32,000 nt of DNA from the NCBI RefSeq assembly GCF_000284455.1, contig NC_017039.1, positions 2,370,001-2,402,000 of the forward strand, written 5' to 3'. Made by a program: the position numbers and the translations under genes. Below the pieces are notes generated by a model. That model saw only the letters and a list, made by a program, of their open reading frames with translations. It made no database searches and was not told the DNA's origin. The stretch is from Synechocystis sp. PCC 6803 substr. PCC-P (GTDB taxonomy: Bacteria > Cyanobacteriota > Cyanobacteriia > Cyanobacteriales > Microcystaceae). How positions within the stretch are numbered: position 1 is the first letter of the stretch; each line of letters starts with the position of its first letter. Shown here piece after piece: positions 1 to 9,579 of this stretch.

Positions 1-76
1 CAAGTACAGCTAATAGCTAATGCGAACCCATTGAATTCTAGTCTTTTTAAGCTGAATCGCCATCAGTAGATACTTT

Positions 77-1057
77 TTAACCATCTTGATTGACGGAAAT
101 TTGATTATCCACCGCCAGGGCCGTATGGCTGAGCACTAACTCTGGGTTCACCTGATTGGAGTCAGCATTGAGGGGGGGCAAAATGGGATAAAAGGGTTGA
201 TGTAGGCTAATCAACTGAGCCAAAGTCCTTTTCAGTTGGGGACGGGGCACAATGGCATCGACAAAACCGTGGTGTAGTAAATATTCGGAAGTTTGAAAAT
301 CGTCGGGTAACTTTTCCCGCAATGTTTGCTCAATCACTCGCCGCCCCGCAAAACCGATGGTGGCTTTGGGTTCCGCTAAAATCAAATCCCCCAACATGGC
401 AAAGCTGGCAGTCACCCCGCCAGTGGTGGGATGGGTGAGCACAGGGATGTAAAGTAACTTTTGCTCCCGATGGTTTTGCAAAGCTCCAGAAATTTTGGCC
501 ATTTGCATTAGGCTCAGCATGCCTTCCTGCATTCTGGCTCCACCGGAGGCACAAATAATTACCACGGGCAATCTTTCCAAAGTGGCGTACTCAATTAGGC
601 GGCATAGTTTTTCCCCTACCACGGAGCCCATACTACCGCCCATAAACCGGAAATCCATTACCCCCAAGGCGATCGGTAGACCGTCAAGGCGACCGTGGCC
701 AGTTTGCACTGCGTCCGTCAAATCTGTTGCTTTTTGGGTATCGCGGATGCGGTCTTTATAGGATTTGCGGTCTTTAAATTTGAGGGGATCGGTGGGCCGC
801 AAATGTTCATTGATGGGTTGCCAGGTCTTGGCGTCAATCAACTGGCGAATCCGCTCGTCACTGTCCACCCGGAGATGGTGCCCACATTCGACACACACCA
901 TCCAATTGCCCTGCAGATCCTTGGTGTAGGTCAACACACCGCAGGCCGGGCACTTAGTCCAGAGACCATCGGCCACCTCCCTTTCCTGGGGGGATTGGGG
1001 CTGGAGCACTGGGGGCTCAGCTTTTTCACGGTTGGCAAACCAATCAAATAGAGACAT
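77..1057 (-). CDS. accD: Acetyl-CoA carboxylase carboxyltransferase subunit beta
   Basis: 326 aa ORF; N-terminal C4 zinc finger CPACG...CVECG; GARMQEG and [18 protein letters not shown] carboxyltransferase motifs; [17 protein letters not shown]. Confidence 0.97.
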   Translation of the reverse strand: MSLFDWFANREKAEPPVLQPQSPQEREVADGLWTKCPACGVLTYTKDLQGNWMVCVECGHHLRVDSDERIRQLIDAKTWQPINEHLRPTDPLKFKDRKSYKDRIRDTQKATDLTDAVQTGHGRLDGLPIALGVMDFRFMGGSMGSVVGEKLCRLIEYATLERLPVVIICASGGARMQEGMLSLMQMAKISGALQNHREQKLLYIPVLTHPTTGGVTASFAMLGDLILAEPKATIGFAGRRVIEQTLREKLPDDFQTSEYLLHHGFVDAIVPRPQLKRTLAQLISLHQPFYPILPPLNADSNQVNPELVLSHTALAVDNQISVNQDG

Positions 1058-1170
1058 ATTTGTTCGGGGACAGTGGCGATCGCCGGGGTAATCCAGAATA
1101 CATTCGCCATTCTACCAAGATCGTTGACCCCGCTTTGGCGATCGCCGGGTTGTCAGGGCTACAAAAGCCA

Positions 1171-2616
1171 TTATTGCGTGGAACCTTGCAACACCCAGGT
1201 ATCCTTACTGCCGCCGCCCTGGGAAGAGTTGACCACCAAGGAACCTTTGCGGAGGGCAACCCTAGTCAAGCCACCGGGATGGACATAAATTTCATCGCCC
1301 CGGTTAAGGATATAGGGACGGAGATCCACATGACGACCCTCCACCTGATCGCCGATCAAAGTGGGTACTCGGGAAAGATTTAGCACCGGTTGGGCAATGT
1401 AGTTACGGGGATTATGGCGAATGCGTTCGGCAAACTGGGCCCTTTCCTGGGGGCTGGCACTGGGGCCCATCAACATACCGTATCCCCCAGCTTCGTTGGC
1501 GGATTTGACCACCAATTCCGCCAGATGATCCAGCACATAATTTCTATCTTCTTCTCGCCAGCAAAGATAAGTGGGCACATTGGCCAAGAGGGGTTCTTCC
1601 TTGAGATAGTAATTAATCATCTCTGGCACATAGGCATAGATGACCTTATCATCCGCCACGCCCGTGCCGGGAGCATTGGCCAGGGCCACCCGCCCTTGGC
1701 GATACACTTCCATCAACCCTGGTACTCCCAGAAGGGAGTCTGGCCGAAACACCTCTGGGTCAATGAAATCATCATCCAGACGGCGATAGACCACATCCAC
1801 CCGTTGTAAACCCTTGGTGGTACGCATTTGTAGATAGCCATCGGCCACCACTAAATCCCGACCTTCCACCAACTCCACCCCCATTTGTTGAGCCAGGAAG
1901 GAATGCTCAAAGTAAGCAGAATTATTAATACCAGGGGTTAACACCACCACCACCGGGGCGGCTAAGTGGGGCGGAGCCAGGTTCAGCAAAGTTTCCAGTA
2001 ATTGGCTGGGGTAACTGTCCACCGGTTGGATGGGAATAGTTTGGAACATATCGGGAAAAGTGCTTTTCATTACCCGCCGATTTTCCAAGACGTAGGAAAT
2101 GCCGGAGGGCACCCGCAGGTTATCTTCCAGCACAAACCATTTACCTGCGCCATCCCGCACTAAATCAGTGCCAGTGATATGACACCACACTCCGGCGGGG
2201 GGCTTGATACCAATGCAGGGCTTCAGAAAACCACTGGCGGATTCAACAATGTCCAGGGGCACAATGCCGTCTTTAACAATATTTTGGGGGCCGTAAATGT
2301 CGGTCAAAAAACAGTTCAGAGCTTTGATGCGCTGTTTCAAACCTTTTTCGAGCGATCGCCATTCGGCTTCGGCAATGATGCGGGGAATAATATCTACGGG
2401 GAAAATACGCTCCACTCCCTGGTCATCGTTGTAAACCCGAAAAGTGACCCCTAGGTTAAAAAGGGCAATTTGGGCCGTTTCGTGGTGTTGCCTGAGAATT
2501 TCCGGCGATAACTGCCCCATCCAGTCGATGAGGGGAGCCGCCTGGGGTCGGGGTTGTCCTGGGGCGAAAAAAAGTTCGTCGTAGAAATTGCCTGGGTCGT
2601 AGCTCTGAAGTTGCAT
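1171..2616 (-). CDS. Circularly permuted ATP-grasp type 2 family protein (DUF404/DUF407-like)
   Basis: 481 aa ORF; motifs YGPQNIVKDGIVP, HITGTDLVRDGAGKWFVLEDNLRVPSGISYVLENR, and GGGSKDTWVL near the C-terminus. Confidence 0.88.
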   Translation of the reverse strand: MQLQSYDPGNFYDELFFAPGQPRPQAAPLIDWMGQLSPEILRQHHETAQIALFNLGVTFRVYNDDQGVERIFPVDIIPRIIAEAEWRSLEKGLKQRIKALNCFLTDIYGPQNIVKDGIVPLDIVESASGFLKPCIGIKPPAGVWCHITGTDLVRDGAGKWFVLEDNLRVPSGISYVLENRRVMKSTFPDMFQTIPIQPVDSYPSQLLETLLNLAPPHLAAPVVVVLTPGINNSAYFEHSFLAQQMGVELVEGRDLVVADGYLQMRTTKGLQRVDVVYRRLDDDFIDPEVFRPDSLLGVPGLMEVYRQGRVALANAPGTGVADDKVIYAYVPEMINYYLKEEPLLANVPTYLCWREEDRNYVLDHLAELVVKSANEAGGYGMLMGPSASPQERAQFAERIRHNPRNYIAQPVLNLSRVPTLIGDQVEGRHVDLRPYILNRGDEIYVHPGGLTRVALRKGSLVVNSSQGGGSKDTWVLQGSTQ

Positions 2617-2804
2617 GGTTCCCCATCGATGGTGGTCTAGGCTTGGGCCATGGTGCCATTGGTGATCAGTTTTTGGCTATTTGCAGAGTGAAAGTGTTTT
2701 GCCAACTCCAGTCGCTAACCCTTGGCCACGGTCCCATTATTCAGCTTGGAAGGAAACGGGGGCAGCGGTTGTAATTGAAGCGACAATTTCCTGGGTAATT
2801 TGGC

Positions 2805-2827
2805 TTTTGTAACAAAATATTACAAAA
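2805..2827. promoter_or_regulatory. Perfect 8-bp inverted repeat TTTTGTAA-N7-TTACAAAA, candidate operator
   Basis: Read directly; lies 25 bp upstream of a TTGACA-like -35 box in the divergent intergenic region. Confidence 0.45.
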
Positions 2828-2851
2828 ATGCAGGCATAGTGGCTTAATGGC

Positions 2852-2880
2852 TTGACAGGATAGTGGCGCGTGATTAAATT
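2852..2880 (+). promoter_or_regulatory. Candidate sigma70-type promoter TTGACA-N17-TAAATT for the 2.9-5.4 kb cassette
   Basis: Perfect -35 hexamer TTGACA at 2852-2857, 17 bp spacer, TAAATT at 2875-2880. Confidence 0.45.
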
Positions 2881-2895
2881 GGGGTACTATACCCG

Positions 2896-3276
2896 ATGGG
2901 TAACCTAATCATTAGTGATATGCAGGACAAGCAAAAGGTCACACTTTATATGCCGCCGGGCATCCATCGGCAACTCCGAATTCGCTCAGCCATTGACGCT
3001 GAATCTATGTCGGCGATCGTAGAACGGGCCATTGATTTTTACCTCAAGCACCCGGACAAGGTCGAAGCCGAAGAAAAGTCCGCCTATGGCAAAACCCATC
3101 AAGTACATATCTGCCCCGAATGCGACGCTGCCATGGTGATGCGGGACGGACAGATGATGTCCCTGAAGGATCAGCCCAGTGTCCTGAACGACAACGAAGA
3201 GTCTTCCCTACCTCTGGTGGAGGATGCTCCGGCAACCGCCGATGTTGATGGGGAAAAGATGCTGATTCCCTGCTAA
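2896..3276 (+). CDS. Small protein with ribbon-helix-helix-like N-terminal segment and a single CPEC motif
   Basis: ORF of 126 aa; VTLYMPPGIHRQLRIRSAIDAESMSAIVERAIDFYLK resembles RHH/CopG; CPECDAAMVMRDG follows. An alternative start is ATG at 2920 (MQDKQKVTLYM). Confidence 0.75.
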   Translation: MGNLIISDMQDKQKVTLYMPPGIHRQLRIRSAIDAESMSAIVERAIDFYLKHPDKVEAEEKSAYGKTHQVHICPECDAAMVMRDGQMMSLKDQPSVLNDNEESSLPLVEDAPATADVDGEKMLIPC

Positions 3277-3354
3277 GTCGACCAACATTTCAGTTGGCCC
3301 TAGGCAAAATCATTCACATCGATTTCCTGTTCATTCCTTTCCTTCCCTCAATTT

Positions 3355-4872
3355 TTGGTCGAACCCATGCAAGAAGAGCTGAGTGTACTGCTGAAAGCTC
3401 AATACCCCCTGATTTATCTCGTTACTTCTGAGGAAGAACGGGCTGAGCAAGCGGTGTACCGCATCGTTCAGGAGGTCACCCGGCACCAGCGGCTATTTGT
3501 TTGGACTGTGACCCATGGCTTCCGGGAATACGGCGTTGCCCAACAGAAAACCCACCACAATACCATCTCCCCTGAGGCGGCGATTGAGTGGGTGGTGCGC
3601 CAGGAACCGGGCATTTTCATTTTCAAAGACCTCCATCCTTTCATCTCGTCTCCGGCGGTGACCCGGTGGTTACGGGAGGCGATCGCCAGCTTTAAGGGCA
3701 CAGAAAAGGCGATCATACTCATGTCTCCCTACCAGGAAACCCCCATTGAACTGGAAAAGGATGTGGTGGTGTTGGATTTTGCCCTGCCCGATTTGGTTAC
3801 CCTCGATGGGGTGCTGGGGCAACAGTTGGGTAAGTCTCGCCATGCCCTGGGAGAAGATTCCCGGGAAAAACTCCTTAAGGCAGCCCTGGGATTAACCAAA
3901 GATGAGGCGGAAAAAGTCTACCGCAAAGCCTACGTCAAAGCAGGCCAGTTAACCGAAGGGGAGGTGGAAATTGTCCTCTCCGAGAAAAAGCAGTTAATCC
4001 GCCGCAACGGCATCCTTGATTACATTGAGGAGGATGAAACCATCCGGGCCGTAGGGGGATTGGAGGAACTGAAAAAATGGTTAACCCAACGCTCCGACGC
4101 TTTTACGGAAAGGGCCCGGGAGTACGGTTTGCCCCAACCCAAGGGCATGCTGATCCTGGGGGTGCCCGGTTGCGGTAAATCCCTCATTGCCAAAACCACT
4201 TCCCGGCTTTGGGGTTTGCCCCTCCTACGCCTGGATATGGGGCGGGTCTACGACGGTTCCATGGTGGGGCGATCGGAAGCTAATCTCCGCAACGCCTTGA
4301 AAACCGCCGAGTCCATTTCTCCAGCTATTTTGTTCATTGATGAATTGGACAAAGCCTTTGCCGGGGGAGCCGGTTCCGGGGATTCCGACGGCGGTACCTC
4401 CAGCCGCATCTTTGGTAGTTTCCTCACCTGGATGCAGGAAAAAACTTCCCCTGTATTCGTTATGGCTACGGCCAACCGGGTCGATCGCCTGCCAGGGGAA
4501 TTTCTCCGCAAGGGACGGTTTGATGAGATTTTTTTCGTTGACCTACCTTCTTCCGAAGAGCGGGAAGCCATTTTCCGCATTCACCTCCATAAACGGCGCA
4601 AAGACACTTCCCGTTTTGACCTGGGGGAATTGGCCCGCACCTCCGACGGTTTTTCCGGAGCAGAGATTGAGCAGGCGATCGTAGCGGCTATGTACGAAGC
4701 CTTTGCCCAAGAAAGAGAATTTAACCAGCTCGACATTATCGCAGCGATCAAATCGACGTTGCCCCTGTCGCGCACTATGGTAGAGCAGGTCACCGCGCTT
4801 CGTGACTGGGCCCGACAAAGGGCTCGGCCTGCCTCCGCTTCTGTGGCTGAATATCAGCGACTGGAGTTCTAA
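3355..4872 (+). CDS. AAA+ ATPase, Ycf46-like
   Basis: 505 aa; Walker A GVPGCGKS, Walker B AILFIDELDKA, FVMATANRVDRLPGEFLRKGRFDEIFFVDLP sensor/arginine finger region. Confidence 0.92.
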   Translation: MVEPMQEELSVLLKAQYPLIYLVTSEEERAEQAVYRIVQEVTRHQRLFVWTVTHGFREYGVAQQKTHHNTISPEAAIEWVVRQEPGIFIFKDLHPFISSPAVTRWLREAIASFKGTEKAIILMSPYQETPIELEKDVVVLDFALPDLVTLDGVLGQQLGKSRHALGEDSREKLLKAALGLTKDEAEKVYRKAYVKAGQLTEGEVEIVLSEKKQLIRRNGILDYIEEDETIRAVGGLEELKKWLTQRSDAFTERAREYGLPQPKGMLILGVPGCGKSLIAKTTSRLWGLPLLRLDMGRVYDGSMVGRSEANLRNALKTAESISPAILFIDELDKAFAGGAGSGDSDGGTSSRIFGSFLTWMQEKTSPVFVMATANRVDRLPGEFLRKGRFDEIFFVDLPSSEEREAIFRIHLHKRRKDTSRFDLGELARTSDGFSGAEIEQAIVAAMYEAFAQEREFNQLDIIAAIKSTLPLSRTMVEQVTALRDWARQRARPASASVAEYQRLEF

Positions 4873-4880
4873 CAAGCTTT

Positions 4881-4920
4881 CTCCTGTTCCCGCAGGAGCA
4901 AAGACTAACCGTTGGGTTAG
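4881..4920 (+). promoter_or_regulatory. Two tandem intergenic RNA hairpins
   Basis: CTCCTG-TTCCCG-CAGGAG (4881-4898) and CTAACC-GTTG-GGTTAG (4905-4920), both perfect 6-bp stems; no T-tract after them. Confidence 0.5.
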
Positions 4921-5004
4921 TAGTTTAAGATAAGCCGTTTTGATGGCGGCATTTCCCACTTCTCAATTGTTGTTGTTGACTTTTTTCTCTGGAGGAAATC
5001 CACC

Positions 5005-5355
5005 ATGTCTCATTTCAGCACTCTCCGTACTAAGATCACGAACGCTGAAGTTTTAACATCTTCCCTCAATGACCTCGGTATCACCACCAAGACCGAAGCT
5101 GATGTGCGGGGCTACAATGGCCAACGCATCCGGGCTGACATTGTAGCCGTTTTGGATGGTGACTACGATTTAGGCTGGTCCCGCAACAGTGATGGTTCCT
5201 TCGACTTGATCGCTGATCTTTGGGGTGTGGCTAAAAAGCATAATCAGACTGAGTTGATCAATTCCATCAACCAGAAGTATGCCGTTAACCAAACCTTGGC
5301 CGAGGTAAAACAACGGGGCTTACAAAACGCCAACGTGAAGTTAGTCGTCCACTAA
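5005..5355 (+). CDS. DUF1257 / Ycf35-like small protein
   Basis: 116 aa, MSHFSTLRTKITNAEVLTSSLNDLGI...RADIVAVLDGDYDLGWSRNSDGSFDLIADLWGV, typical of the Ycf35/DUF1257 family. Confidence 0.85.
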   Translation: MSHFSTLRTKITNAEVLTSSLNDLGITTKTEADVRGYNGQRIRADIVAVLDGDYDLGWSRNSDGSFDLIADLWGVAKKHNQTELINSINQKYAVNQTLAEVKQRGLQNANVKLVVH

Positions 5356-5419
5356 ACTGCATCCCTTTGTTTCTGCAAAACGATTAGGATTTTTGGTGCG
5401 TTCCCAAGCCTCTTCTGGT

Positions 5420-5451
5420 AGCTGTCTTGATTGCAGGACGGCTGCTTTTTT
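5420..5451 (+). terminator. Putative factor-independent terminator
   Basis: AGCTGTCT-TGATTGCA-GGACGGCT (8-bp stem including two G-T wobbles) followed by GC then TTTTTT. Confidence 0.6.
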
Positions 5452-5536
5452 CTGTCCATATTCCGTTAAGCTTGGGTATGGGCTGGTTCCATTGTCTTAT
5501 TGATTAAGACGGTTTTTTGGTCTTTTTTTTGCTCCC

Positions 5537-6766
5537 ATGTCTATTCCCCCTAGTGCTCTGGCTGATGTAGCCCACTATCTTGAAGAACAGGATGAGGGGC
5601 AAAGGATAAAAAAGTTACTCTTTTGTTTGTCGAAAAAATACTGGGAAAATGATCCCAATGTGCTCGACAGTAATGGTTTGGACGCCCTACTAATGGAGTT
5701 GGTAGTACAAAAACCAACGATCGAACAATTTACCTTTTCCCTCTATAAGCTAGTCAAAACCCTCAACCGCCCTAAGGTTTATGCGGCGGTGGCTAAAACC
5801 ATACTGGACCAGTTGGGGCCAATTTATACGGCCTATGGAAAAACAGCTATACCAGAAGATGTTAAGGGCGAGGATGGGGCGATCGCCGCGATGCCCATGG
5901 AAACTGAAACCCCAGCTCCCATACATAGGGTGGTGGATCCCCAATACGTGGCCACCCAAGTGGCTCACATTCTGGTGCAGCATCGGGAACAAGCCCGTAT
6001 TCAAAAGTTAATTTTTGCTGTGGCCCGGGGTTATTGGGAAAACAATCTCCAGGCGATCGAACAGGTGGGGCTAGCCAACTTATTGTTGGAGTTGCGGCAA
6101 CGTTATCCTACCCCTGGTCAGTTACAGGAAGGCTTTAGTCAGATTGTCAACAACATCAACAAAACTACTTTCTATCTGGCGATCGCCAGGTTAATTCTGG
6201 AGCAAATGCAGGGCTTGTATGACAGTGGCCCTGGGTCGGAAGAACAATCGTCGCCATCCCACCAGGCAACCCAAGCAAATTTGATGGCGTCTGACTCTCC
6301 TAGCCCGGCGGAAAGCCAACTCAAATCCCTGGCCACATCCATCGTTGATTTTGACGCGTTGCCCATTCCCGCTCCTCCCCCCAGGCCCCGCCCAAGTGAA
6401 CCAATTCTGACGGTGTTGGGGGCGGTGGTCCCCTCTCCTCCGGGTACCCCCCTCCAAGCCCACACTGAGAAGAAGGAATACAACCTGTTTGAGATCCGCT
6501 CAGAGATTATGCAATATACCAATCCCTTGCGGGCAAAAGTTTTACTTTTTTCGGTGTTGTTCCAAAGTTGGGACGAACATAACCCAGACTGGAGTTTAGT
6601 GCGTAGTTATGCCCTAGATGACCTAGTAGAGCAACTTATCCTGAGTCGTAGGCGGCCCAACGAGGTGGAAATTAAGCTCAATGCCTTGGCGAACCAAATG
6701 TTTGACCAGGAGGAATATCAACAAACCGCCCAAACTCTGATCAAAATTATTAAACCCCTATTGTAG
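5537..6766 (+). CDS. Hypothetical protein with three degenerate copies of an ~80-90 aa helical repeat and a Pro-rich linker
   Basis: 409 aa ORF with good length and position between same-strand genes; repeat alignment by eye (IKKLLFCLSKKYWEN / IQKLIFAVARGYWEN / AKVLLFSVLFQSWDE). Confidence 0.8.
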   Translation: MSIPPSALADVAHYLEEQDEGQRIKKLLFCLSKKYWENDPNVLDSNGLDALLMELVVQKPTIEQFTFSLYKLVKTLNRPKVYAAVAKTILDQLGPIYTAYGKTAIPEDVKGEDGAIAAMPMETETPAPIHRVVDPQYVATQVAHILVQHREQARIQKLIFAVARGYWENNLQAIEQVGLANLLLELRQRYPTPGQLQEGFSQIVNNINKTTFYLAIARLILEQMQGLYDSGPGSEEQSSPSHQATQANLMASDSPSPAESQLKSLATSIVDFDALPIPAPPPRPRPSEPILTVLGAVVPSPPGTPLQAHTEKKEYNLFEIRSEIMQYTNPLRAKVLLFSVLFQSWDEHNPDWSLVRSYALDDLVEQLILSRRRPNEVEIKLNALANQMFDQEEYQQTAQTLIKIIKPLL

Positions 6767-6778
6767 TTTCGTTTAGAA

Positions 6779-8923
6779 TTGAACCGCCAACGGAGATTTT
6801 CAGGACCAATGCTGGTGCAAATACGGGGTAAATTACGGCGGGGCGTAGGACTGGTATTACTATTCGTTCTCACAGTGGGGTTGGGCATTGGTAACCCAGT
6901 GTGGGCCAATGGTAAAACGGAAATTTTTTGGGATAGCTGGGGAGTACCCCATATTTTTGCTGCCAATGAAACCAAGTTAATGGAGGCTTTTGGTTGGGCC
7001 CAGGCCCGGGGCCACGGAGATTTACTCCTCACCTTGTATGGGGAAGCAAGGGGCAAAGGAGCGGAATATTGGGGCATTGATTACCTTGACAATGATCAGT
7101 ATGTCCATACGATGAATATCCCTCGGCGATCGGAGGTGTGGTTAAATGCCCAAACCCCAGCCATGCGCCGTGATCTGGAAAGTTTTGCCCAGGGTATCAA
7201 TAATTATTTCCAACAACATCCCGATTTCAGTCAGCCCAGTTTGCGCCAGGTATTGCCCATCACAGCCCAGGATGTGGTGGCCCATGTACAGAGATTATTA
7301 CTGTTTGAGTTTGTTACTAATCCCCAAGCCGTTGCTAGCCTCGCAGGACAAATACCAGAAGCTAACGTACCCATTGCCTCCAATGCCTGGGCGATCGCCC
7401 CTAAGCAAACTGAATCAGGCCATGGGCTATTACTAATCAATCCCCATTTACCCTGGGGGGGGCAATTTCGTTTAACGGAGGCCCAATTGGTGGCCCCTGG
7501 CATGGATCTGACCGGGGCGGCCTTTGTGGGAACTCCTGTGCCGGCCATGGGTTTTAACAATGATTTGGGCTGGAGCTTAACAGTCAATTATCCCCATAAC
7601 GTGGGCAAATATGCCCTTACTTTGGCAGAAGGGGGCTATGAATGGGACGGGGAAGTTAAATCCTTCGATCGCCGTAATAATCAAGTCAAAATTCTCCAGG
7701 GCAATGGCAGTTACCAAACTTTGCAATGGGAAGCCCTAGAAAGTGTGACGGGCATTGTGGTGGCCCAGCGGGGAGGCAATGCTTACACCCTCAAAATTCC
7801 TGGTTTGGACCGCAGTGGGGCCATCAGTCAGTTTTTGCACATGGGTAAAGCCAAAACCCTAGAACAGTTTGAAGCGGCTTGGCAAAAGCAACAAATTCCC
7901 ATGTTCAATGTGCTCTACAGCGATCGCCAGGGCAATATTTTTTATCTATACAATACTTTGACCCCTATCAGGGAAGGCAGTTGGCAAGATTGGGACCGTC
8001 TGCAGCCGATTAACCGCAGTGCCGATTTAAACTCTGATTACTACATCTATGAACAATTGCCCAAGCTAACGAACCCCGCCAGTGGTTGGCTCCAAAACAG
8101 CAATGATCCCCCCTGGACCAGCACCTTTCCCCCGGAGTTGGATGCGGCGGATTATCCTCCCAGTCTGGCCGCGCCGGATCTAAGCTTTGCTCCTTCTTTG
8201 CTGCGTACCCAACGGTCAATTAAATTGCTGAAAAATAACTCTTCCCTAACTTTTGAGCAGTTTAAGCAAAAAGTCTTTGACAGCCAGATGGAATTAGGCG
8301 ATCGCATTGTGCCTCTACTGGTGTCGGCCGCTAAAGTCTTGGCTAACCCCATTGGTATTGAAGCGGCGGAAGTGCTCCAGGCCTGGGACAAACAGGCTAA
8401 CCCCGATAGTAGGGGAGCGGTATTGTTTATGCTCTGGGCCCTGACCATTGGCGCAGATAAAGTTTTGGGCGGTCAATGGAATCCCGCTGACCCCCTCAAT
8501 ACCCCCAGCGGCATGGCGGACATTAACAAGTTCATGGCGGTGCTGGAAGGGGTGGCGGCCCAGGTGAAATTTCTCTACGATGATTTGGCGATCAGTTGGG
8601 GAGAAGTAGTGCAAATGCAGGTCGGGAATTTTACTGCTCCTGCCAACGGTGCTCCCAGTAACCTAGGCAGTTTTCGGGTCTTGGCCCTCAGCACCATTGC
8701 CAACCAAAGATTTCAAGCAGTGGCCGGAGATAGTTACCTGAGCTTAGTGGAATTTGCCGATCGCCCCCGGGGCCAGAGTATTTTGGTCTATGGCAATGCC
8801 AGCCAGCCCGATTCCCCCCATAACGGTGACCAGTTGGAACTTTACAGTAAAAATCAACTGCGACCGGTGTGGCGATCGCCAAGGGAAATCAAGGCCCATC
8901 TGGAAAAGGAAGAAATTCTCTAA
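6779..8923 (+). CDS. Penicillin/cephalosporin acylase-like Ntn hydrolase (peptidase S45-like)
   Basis: 714 aa; signal-like N-terminus; [52 protein letters not shown]; putative nucleophile Ser in [10 protein letters not shown]. Start is TTG at 6779 or ATG at 6809. Confidence 0.88.
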
Positions 8924-8940
8924 AACTGGGAAAAACAATC

Positions 8941-9579
8941 ATGGCGGCATTATTTATTGTGCTAGAAGGCATTGACGGGTCAGGGAAAACCACCCAAGGG
9001 GATCTCCTGTTGGCCCATTTTCAGCGCCAAGGCCTGGCCGCAGTGCTTAGCCCGGAACCCACCAATGGCCCCGTGGGCCGCTTAATTCGCCAAGCTTTAC
9101 AGGGAGATTTATTTACCTACAACGATGCCCGACAATTTGAAGCCCAGATGGGTTATTTATTCGCTGCCGATCGCCATTACCATCTCTACCATCCAGGGGA
9201 TGGAGTGGAGGCAAAATTAGCCCAACAATGCCACGTAATCACCACCCGCTACTATTTTTCTTCTCTCGCCTATAATTGCCACACAGAGGCCGACTGGGAA
9301 TTTGTTCAACGCTTAAATCAATCTTTTCCCCAGCCTGACTGGGTAATTTACCTAGACCTCCCGGTGGATTTGGCCCTACAACGCCTTGGCGATCGCCAGC
9401 AACTGGAGGACCAAGCCCCGAGGGAATGTTACGAACAACGGGAAAAGCTAATCAGTGTCCACCGCAATTACGACAGAATTTTTGCCCATTACCAGGGCCA
9501 ACTTTGTCGCCTGGATGCCAGCCTGCCGGTGGAGCAACTACACCAAGCCATTATCACCAAAGTTGAGGAAATGCTGTGA
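8941..9579 (+). CDS. tmk: Thymidylate kinase
   Basis: [16 protein letters not shown]-loop, [30 protein letters not shown]. The ORF track extends to 8869, but ATG 8941 gives the canonical N-terminus. Confidence 0.93.

Noticed and set aside
1390-1809. 139-aa plus-strand ORF inside the minus-strand ATP-grasp gene
   Set aside because: Antisense shadow of a well-conserved coding gene, no recognisable domain. The same applies to most other small antisense ORFs in the track (for example 4248-4580, 4543-4959, 8152-8448, 29305-29676).
2809-2823. NtcA-like GTA...TAC in the upstream dyad
   Set aside because: Spacer is 9 nt, not the 8 nt of the NtcA consensus GTA-N8-TAC, so I keep only the generic dyad call.
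8869-8940. N-terminal extension of tmk ([14 protein letters not shown]...)
   Set aside because: Overlaps the end of the acylase gene; the canonical P-loop N-terminus begins at ATG 8941.
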